Below, piece after piece: positions 54,601 to 64,000 of a stretch of DNA of 64,000 nt. This DNA comes from Octopus vulgaris (lineage: Eukaryota), in assembly GCA_951406725.2 (NCBI GenBank), contig OX597816.1:42594001-42658000 (forward strand), read 5' to 3'. A model generated the notes under the pieces. That model made no database searches and was not told the DNA's origin. It worked only from the letters and a program-made list of their open reading frames with translations. The first letter of the stretch is position 1, and every line of letters begins with the position of its first letter. Both the position numbers and the translations under genes were made by a program.

Positions 54601-55196
54601 CTAATATATATATATATATAAATGGCCTGCTCGCTTAGCCAGCGGGATGGCGTTATTTGAAGGCTAAAAAACAATGCGAAGCGCATTGTGACCAGCGATA
54701 TGTAACAACATCTGATGGCCTGGTCGGTCACGGTGATCACGGTCACGGTGATATATATACAAATAACAATAGGGTAATAAGAATTTATTATTACTAGTGG
54801 CCTAACACAAAAACGAATTAGTCATTAGACTATATATTATTCACATAGAAATACAATAAGAGGCTTCCAAATAGGAAAGCTGTGTGCTAGAAAGAGCAGT
54901 AGAAAACTCAAACCACCAAATAGGGATAAATTCTGGAAAGGAATGAAAATTAAAAACGTTTACCTTGGATTTTGCAGTAAATCACTAAATCATCATTAAT
55001 TTTTGTATTATCCTCTCAAATTACACCAAAATCTCAGAGAATAACAATTAATATTGTATTTATCGTCTGTGAAAATTATAGAATATAAAACAACTTTGAT
55101 AAAAAATTATACCTACTTTTCTGACGGAAACAATGCCGTTCTGAATATCTTGGCTGCAACTGTATATATATATCATATATGTGAATATGTGATGTA

Positions 55197-55235
<39 letters not shown>

Positions 55236-56414
55236 AAGTATGATTGTGTATGTATTTACATATGTGTATTTGTGCGGGGGCATTTTCCTATATGTGTGTG
55301 GGCAAATATATGACTGCGTCATGTGGCAGTAAATGAAGGCGAGTTCATTGGGAGCATGAAACTCCTAGAAACCAACAAAAAGCTAAAGAACAGCCTAATG
55401 CGATGCTTGCTAAATGATATGATTCATAACAAACGAAGTCAGCAAAAGAAAACGAACTCAACAAAAGACATTCACCCTGTTGATCCTCTTATTTTAATGA
55501 TTAATCGCTACAATATATCTGGCAAATAATTACACGTTTCATTTCTTAATTGCATCTTAATTGGAAAGAAGTGGATTAATAATGCTACATGTGCCTTGCA
55601 GTATCTTGCTAGAGAGGAATTCAGTTTTGTCTTCTTTTGCATTTATCATTTTTAGTGACTTTGCTGAAGAATATGCATAACAATTTGCTGCGCATTTTCG
55701 ATTATTTTTTCCAATATATGAAATAGCCTTTTTATGGATAATTCCTCTTTTGGGATGTTTTTGCAATTTATTATTATTTTACGGTTAATATATCTTGTTT
55801 TCGCTTATATATTTGATAGTTATATTTTTGTTTATACAGTTCTATGAAAGGTGCTGTACATTGACTATTATTTACGAGACACCATGTTGATATTTTCAGC
55901 CACACAGATGGATAAGATTATATTACGATAAATTGTTACTACTTAAATTACTTGCGCTACTGTTACTGCAAGGGTATTTTTTTTTATTGTATTTATGTAG
56001 TTTTCAACAAGTGTATAAAACATATGAACACACTCCATGTGTGTATGTGCGTGAATGTTTGTGCACACACACACTCACGCACATATATATACATGCAAAT
56101 CAAAAGTATAAAAGAGAAAACTACAAAAGCCACAAGGACATACACAAGGAATGTATTAAATATGTATATGCATGCATGTGCGTCTGTGTGTGGTATACAT
56201 TCACATACATAATACATACATACACACATACATACATGTATATATATATGTGTGTGTGTGTGTTTCTTTACGTGTTCCTTTCTGTGGAAGAGCGTAGACT
56301 CGAAACGTAAAAGACAATTTCAATTCGCGAGCGTTAACCTAATACATGTGTTTGTTTTCTACACCATCTGTCTTCGTCTTTTTTTTTTTTTCGTGAGCTC
56401 CCCCACACTCTCTG

Positions 56415-56492
<78 letters not shown>

Positions 56493-56574
56493 AAACACAG
56501 GAAAAACTACAAACTGGCAAAATGACCATTCCGAAATATAACAATATATATATATATAAGGTATGCATATATTT

Positions 56575-56625
<51 letters not shown>

Positions 56626-57444
56626 AATTATATGTGTATATACATATATATCGTCATGATATATATACACGAATACGTATATATGAATTAATATATAGGT
56701 GTACATATATAGAAACTTAAGCATATATGTAGACAGACAGACAGATATATCAATAGATAGATAGATAGATATCGACATATATGCATATATACGTGTGCGC
56801 GTACGTATGTAAGTTAATAAATTATATGGGGAGGAAGAAGTCATTGAGTTAAAATATTATTTGGAGCATGAGTGTGTGCATGCCTGTGTAAGATTAAAGT
56901 GTGAATTTGTGTGGGTGAGTGCGTGACCATGACCAATAACTTAAGAGAATAATATATTGGCTGAGAGCAGTTCTTTCTGGGACATTGGATTAGATCGTGG
57001 ATATGTATAAATTTTGCGAATTTTTTTTCATAGTTGCTAAAAATGAAGATAACACCTAATAGAATATATGGAGCAAAAAATCGATCTGTAGCATTGCTAT
57101 GCATACACAGATTAACACCCACACTTACACATACACATACGTATACATACGTACATGCATACATACATACACTTCTATATGAGTCATTGTAACATTTTTG
57201 CCTTCTTATATTTTCTATTTTTTCAACAATATATGCTGGCATTTCCTCAATGAGAGAAAGAAATATCGGTCAGTGTAAACATTATTTTGCCGATTTATCA
57301 GTATACACATCATAAGAGGGAAACAGATGGGTCAATTTCAAAATATAAGTTATATGCTCTACTACCAGATACCATACGCATGTTCTATGCTTTACTAACG
57401 TATACCAAACGCACACATACACACACGCACACACACACACACAT

Positions 57445-57545
<101 letters not shown>

Positions 57546-59529
57546 TGTGTGTATACATACATACATACATATATATATATATATGTATGTATATATTTGC
57601 AGTTTACTGTAGAAATTATAGGTTTCTTTATCCCGCACACATATTTATATTCATAAATGCGAGAGGGACAATGTCTTATAAATTTCAAACAGAAAAATTC
57701 AGTTCAAGATAGGATTTGATCTCATGAAGTTAGAATAATGAGCAACATCATGAAGAGGGTCAAAACTCATTTTTTCCTTGCACTCACTCGCTGGCATAGG
57801 ATAATAATTGCGTAGTATTTATGTATGTATGCATAGTAATAATAGTATTTCTGTATGTATGCAATTATGCACACAAGCATACAAACGCTAGATATATATC
57901 TACATAGTGCATGAAAATAAAAGATAATATGCAGAGAAATCTCGACGGTTTTACATATATATATATATATATGTATGTATGTATGAATATGTATATATAT
58001 ATATGAATATATATATATACATATATATGTATATAATATATGTATATATATGTATATATATATGTATATATATATATATATATTTGTATATAGGTATATA
58101 TACATGTGTGTGTATACATATATATATAAATATGTATGTATGTATTTATATATATGTATGCATATATATATATATGTATGTATGTATGTATATATATATA
58201 CACACATTAGATTTTGTGTTTGCATTTTTGTGTGCGTGTGAAACGTAATTGTGTTTATCTGCATTATTACCTCCATATCAGCTTTTTTTTAGATTTCTCT
58301 CATAACCTATCTCCATGTAGTTTTTGTCCTGGATGGAAAATTCAGTGTTTAAGTTCAGATTTATTTGAGTACTAACATGTTTTTTTTATACAGAGCATAA
58401 CTAGCTTTCACCTATTTTCATATATACAAAACAATTTTATATTAGAATAAAAGCGTATACACGATAAATTGGGCCACTTGAGATCTTTTCCTTTTTTTCA
58501 TTTTCCAAGTGAATATAATTTAAGTGTAATTGAAGAATCACTGAATGAAGTATATTTTGACAAGTATATTTTGTCAAGTGTATAGTTGTTTTGAGAATAT
58601 CTAATTGATTTACCTCTCTGACATAGGTAATTGAGATGACATATATATTGAATATTTCTGTTGCAGCAACTCAGTGCTAAATTTCTCTGTAATGTAGTGC
58701 ATAGTAGATCAGTTTGATAACAATGATGTCCAGGTCTAAAAAAGAAAGTTTGAAGGGAACAGTAGTCATTTCCTTTTGATATCTACATAGAAGCAAATAG
58801 GACATAACACTCACTAACCAAGACAAAAAATATATTAACGAAAATATTGTTACACGGTATGTTTATTTATATGTATAATTTTTAGTCGGCACAAATATGA
58901 AAAACGCAGTTTGAAATCCAATTCCCAATTATTAAAAAAAAAAACAATACGGCAAACCCATATACAAGAAAACAAAAATGTTCCTATTCATATTTCATAC
59001 AAGCGTTTCTGGTACTTGAAACCGCGCCTTTGTTTTGGTACACAGGTCTAATTTATCGGATAGAACTTCAGAAAAAACGTTTTAAATATATTTTTTTTAA
59101 AATTTGTCTGACGACTTACTTGTACTGCCGGTAAAACCATTTACATTTCTACAGAGAATATTTATGGGTAGGTCCCATAAATTGAACAATTCCATCCAGT
59201 CAGTACCTAACAAGTTTGTTGCATTATTTGACACAAAAAACTTAAGACTCTATTTTAATTTTTTTTATTTTTTGAGAAATATAATATTACTTATCAATCG
59301 GCCCTTAAAATGATTTTTTTGTTTTCCTGAAACTCCTCGGGCAATTTTCGAGGTATTCTGAATTTTTCCATGTTAATTTTTGAGATGTCGCTGCGTGTAT
59401 CCAATTGTAATTTGCGTATGTGCTATTAATTTTCACATGCATAATTTTTGCAAATTTGTGGTACTATTCTAATTTTGTTAATATCGGGAAACGTATATCT
59501 ACATCTATGCATGCAGGATTTTCAATATG

Positions 59530-60423
59530 CTCGGGGTTGGTTCATTCAATTTGAATATTTCACACCCTCCGTCATAGGAGAGGAAATTTTCATCATATAT
59601 TTTGACCAAATATAAATAGTGCTAGAGGGTATTAAACAGGGAATACTCTTACTGAAAATTTTCGATATAATATTAATTGTTTCATCGAAAGAAATATCAC
59701 CTGGTTTCTTCGACAGAATATAATTACTGTATTTATCGTGTTCGGCAGGGAATAATTTTCTTAAATGTGGTTGTAGCTTTCTTCTCGTCTGACGAGCTTT
59801 TACACTCTTCTTTGAAGATTTCTTCGTATCTTCAAATATATGCAAAGGAGGTAATCCATCTTTCAGGATTATAGCTGAATTTTTCAATTGAGTTTGCCAG
59901 GCTGTCTGATGAGTACGAACCTGAAGTATTTTCAGACTCCTTCAACATTAAGTCCAGCAACTGTTGGTTTTTATGTTGCTGCAGTTGTAGGGGCTGCTGC
60001 TGTAATGCTGTTGTAACTAATGTTGCTACTGCTGTAGTTGCTGTCGCAACTGCACCATGGAGAACAATAATTTCCCCATGTTAAAGGATATTCCTTGGTT
60101 TTGTACCAAAAAGACAAATAAAATGACTAAACTTCAAACGCAAGCTTCGAACAACTCGTCGCCACATTTATATCCTTGTGATGGATATATAATATAACAA
60201 AGCAGAGAAGAAAGTATATACACGACGTACTACTACTGCTTTTATGCGAAACTCATAGCTCTGTATCACAGGCTCACGGTGAACAGCTTACCAACACGAA
60301 CTCCAATCCCTCACAATTCTTTGTATTATAACAATGGGTAAGTCCACCTTTTAGGGTCGGATTCCTTCCACAACATATTCCATTAATCAACTTTGTGGAT
60401 CAATTTAGGGATCATCTTCAACA
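59530..60423 (-). mobile_element. Gypsy LTR retrotransposon 5' remnant: LTR, PBS and gag
   Basis: Putative LTR ~60167-60423 begins TGTTG. PBS TGGCGACGAG at 60155-60164. Gln-rich gag start, then NSIEKFSYNPE and LRKL.PAEHDKYSNYIL.KKPGDISFDETI. Confidence 0.8.
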
Positions 60424-60562
60424 TTCTTGAACAGTATTTTTAAGACATCCATATATTCATTTCGACTAGTAATTGGTGGCCCTTACGTCCCTATTCCATA
60501 CAAATATGTATAGATGCACTCATATATATATATATTATATATATATCTATTAAATAATATAA

Positions 60563-60752
60563 GACAATTATTCGGTAGCCAAGATAAAACTCTGAGTTTC
60601 GGATGCCGAGGTGGAAATCCACAACACCATCTCTTCAGTTATCTGGCCATCTGAAAAACGCTATGAAAAAAGATAACCGAAGAGATGGTGTTGTGGATTT
60701 GCACCTCGGCATCCGAAACTCAGAGTTTTATCTTGGCTACCGAATAATTGTC
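60563..60752. repeat. Young palindrome: 82-bp arms (2 mismatches) and a 26-bp spacer
   Basis: 60563-60644 is the reverse complement of 60671-60752 at 80 of 82 positions (counted by eye). Confidence 0.95.
60582..60644 (-). ncRNA. Minimal type-I hammerhead ribozyme candidate with intact core
   Basis: Minus strand reads AGAUAA-CUGAAGA-GAUG(...GUGG auuu CCAC...)CAUC-c-GAAA-CUC(a)GAG-U-U-UUAUCU. The mirror copy on the plus strand (60671-60733) has CCGAAGA. Confidence 0.75.
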
Positions 60753-60833
60753 ACATTATTTTACAGATAAATTTCCTCTATGTATATAATATTGAGGTCT
60801 CTTTCTTTTGTTATCTTACAGTTTTTACCAATA

Positions 60834-60898
<65 letters not shown>

Positions 60899-62881
60899 TT
60901 ATGTATACATGTATTCACCTTCAAATAAATATAAACACATGCATATACACGCATTCACACGCATATATACAGAGGGGAAAGCGAGAAAAAGAGTGAGTGA
61001 GTGAGTAAGAGAGAGAGAGAGAGATGAACAGAGATGGAAGTGAATATGTGTGTTTGTATTACTAAATTTCTGCATCGGTATATCTGAGCAGATAAATTCT
61101 GATATAAATATGCACAAATATAAATACCTGCAAAGATCCAATATATAAATATGGGTTGTGTATATGTGTATGCACCTACTTGCATACATACATACATATA
61201 TATGTCTGCGTCTGTTATTCATATACATTCATATATATATATGTATATATATATATATACATATATTTCTATAGATATGTTTGTGTTTATGAATATTGAT
61301 ATATATATATATATATATATTTATATATGCGTCACACGCATACATATTTATGTGTACGTGTGTGCTTGTATGTAAATTGCTCTTCCCCATTTTCTTTCTA
61401 AATATACATATTTTACGTCGCTTTCGTACTTTCCCTTTCGGTGATTTGTTTTATTTTTCTCTCCGTCCTTCCGTCTTTCCCCACTCCCTCACTTTACCTC
61501 TTCCCTTCTTCCTCTCTCTCCCTACCCTCCTTCTCTCCTTCTCTCTCTCTCTCTCTCTCTCTCTTATATTCTATCTACATTGATCATGCTTGCAGGATCA
61601 TCGACGAGTGTTTGCCGTCAGCATTGCCTCTGGGGACATGGAGACATAGATTAATGAGATAGAGCAATCCGACAAAAATCGATATCTATTAGATGAATCA
61701 GTTCTGCTCAACTACTGGTATTATGAACTTTTTTGTTGATCATATTATTGCTGTGATACAAAATGTTAAGTGCAGAAATGCTGTTATTTTTTCCTGATAT
61801 AGGGATGATGTAGTTTATTTTCTCCTTGTACCCCTTGATGGTGCTCATGCTAATAGTGACATGTTATTATGATTATTATAATTGTAATTTGTAATTAACT
61901 TTGCAACGAAAGCCCAGTTCTGCGATTGAGCATGGTTATAATGAATCATGTTTCTCTCTTGAAAATCATGACTTGTTTCAGAATTATTATATTAAGGACC
62001 ATGTACACTCGTGCCTTTTAAACTGCATGTGCAAGCTATTTTTGTGGGGTAGGTATTTTCTAATCGGATCGTGTTTTTGTTGGTATAGATAATTTTGCTA
62101 TGATGAGCCTTAAAACGACGCAAAGCCTTCTGGTCATCGCTACAACTTCGTAAAGCTATACTGGGAAATATTATTGAAAATCTATCCGACAGTTTTAGAA
62201 CAATTTCCCTACTGTTTATACTAGATCCCATGACATATATGTCTATGTTCGTATGCATGTAAACGTGCACTCACCTGTGAGCTTTGCGATCAGAATTTCA
62301 ACCCGGGCGACAAGTTTTGATGTATAAATTACATTTATGATTGAAACTATCTTCTATTTATAGTCTTCTTATGCTTTTCTCTTGTAACTCTTATATAAGA
62401 AATATAACTTTCAATTAAGTGTATCGTTACGAAATATCTAGTAACCTGTGTTTTAAAAAGCTCATCGATATCAGTTTTATTTCATTTCAAAGTATTATTT
62501 AAAATAATGTATCATCCTTCATTTCTTGAATTATTTATTTCTTAAAATAATTTGGAAAATGCGTAAAAATTAGCGTCCGTTTGTAGATCACCTGTGGAAA
62601 CAAGATCATTCTTATAGCTTGTTGAAAACCATTTGCACAGATTAAACACACGTCCAAATATAGAAACTAATATATACGCGGCGAAATAAGACGTAATAAG
62701 AAATACGATGAATCACAGCTAATAGCATATTGATATATCCTTACCAAAGCCGCGTGGGTACATTAGTATTTCGCTTTTGGATTTTGTTTGCAAGATTCTC
62801 TATATGAGTTCGTGTGTTGAAGCACATTCTCTTGTGTCTGAGGAGAGTCATTTACTTTTGTGCCTTATAATTTAACAAACT

Positions 62882-63034
62882 CACCCGTAAAATTTCCACT
62901 TATTTATTATTTTTATTTTCATAAAAGTTTTGTTGCGTCTTGCAAACTTTTCAGAGTCAAAACTATTGAAAACGTTGCAAGAAATAACGAAAATTTTAGG
63001 AAAATAAAAATAAGAAGTGGAAATTTTCCCGGTG
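62882..63034. repeat. Palindrome carrying hammerhead-like halves (U3:A8 core on the plus arm, 62963-62999)
   Basis: Arms AAATTTCCACTT...TTGCGTCTTGCAA.CTTTTCA / TGAAAACGTTGCAAGA...AAGTGGAAATTT. The plus arm reads CUA-UUGAAAA-c-GUUGC(aagaa)AUAAC-GAAA-AU-U-U-UAG. Confidence 0.6.
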
Positions 63035-63035
63035 T

Positions 63036-63440
63036 ACTCTTTTACTTGTTTCAGTCATGTGACTGTGGCCGTGCTGGAGCACCGCCTTTAGTCGATCAAA
63101 TAGGCCCCAGGACTTATTCTTTGTAAACCTAGTACTTATTTTATCGGTCTCTTTTTTGCCGAACCGCTGAGTTACTGGGGCGTAAACACACCAGCATCGG
63201 TTGTCAAACAATGTTGGGGGGAAAAACACAGTCGCACAAACACGCACACACATATATATATATGTATTCATATATACGACGGGCTTCTTTCAGTTTCCGT
63301 CTACCAAATCCACTCACAAGGCTTTGGTCGGCCCGAAGCTATAGTAGAAGACACTTACCCAAGGTGTCACGCAGTGGGACTGAACCTGGAACCATGTGGT
63401 TCGTTAGCAAGCTACTTACCACACAGCCACTCCTACGCCT
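63036..63440 (-). mobile_element. Full-length family-A SINE
   Basis: Reverse complement of the 27386-27823 element over its whole length. Confidence 0.9.
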
Positions 63441-64000
63441 ATGTTAAATTATAAAACACAAAAACAAAATGACTATCCCCAGACACAACAGAGTATACTC
63501 AGTGTTTTTGTCTTACTCTTACGACTTTAGAGATAAAGATGTTGTAGTGTATTCTCATATTTGAAAATGCTTTAGAAAACTGGCCGTAAGCAAAAGAGTG
63601 TTTTAAATTAGATGCTATTAGAGAACTGGTATATTTGCCTTTCGGGTTCATTGATTGAGATAGATAGTTTTATGTCGGATGTTTGGCTTTGACAAACAAA
63701 ACAAGACAGTGTCACATCCATGTAGTTCTATTTTTCCGGAATTTGATACATTAGTTGATTTTCAAAGATCAGAATATTTTCATGAATTCAGTGAGATGAT
63801 GTGTTGTTGGTAGGCATAAACTTTCATGCTCACCAATCGTTCCTTCTCTATACTGGATAGACATATTCGCTTACGTGAATGACCTTTATATAAAATCTTG
63901 AAAACCACTCACTGAGTGCGACATGCTGATCTCATATCAAAATAAACTGCGCTTGAACTTAGTGGTAGGGGCCCAGTTAGAATTCTTCAGGTCAAGTATT

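Noticed and set aside
59900-59925. CTGATGAGTACGAAC
   Set aside because: It is antisense of Gypsy gag codons and has no stems.

Overview
This is AT-rich, microsatellite-dense animal DNA. The SINE families and the density of (TA)n/(CA)n/(ATT)n/(GATA)n tracts point to an octopus (inference, not checked by search). I can support no intact host protein-coding gene, and nearly all ORF-track entries are microsatellite translations. The window is a patchwork of transposon remnants: a nearly full-length but frameshifted CR1-group LINE with a CCCH-finger ORF1 (50.7-54.6 kb), a second CR1 3' fragment, a Naiad-like Penelope element (RT plus GIY-YIG, inverted pLTR piece, 44.4-48.9 kb), three R4/Dong-like remnants, a HERO/NeSL-like 5' end, a Gypsy LTR+PBS+gag, mariner remnants and at least four SINE families. 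The most interesting signal is a set of minimal type-I hammerhead-ribozyme-like motifs, several inside short outward-facing palindromes. Across the set, the catalytic-core 3:8 pair appears as C:G, G:C and U:A. Other highlights are a 755-bp foldback element with an 8-bp TSD wrapped around a TTAGGG-like array, and a LINE/SINE shared 3' tail with compensatory stem changes. All motifs were read by eye, and coordinates of degraded elements are approximate.
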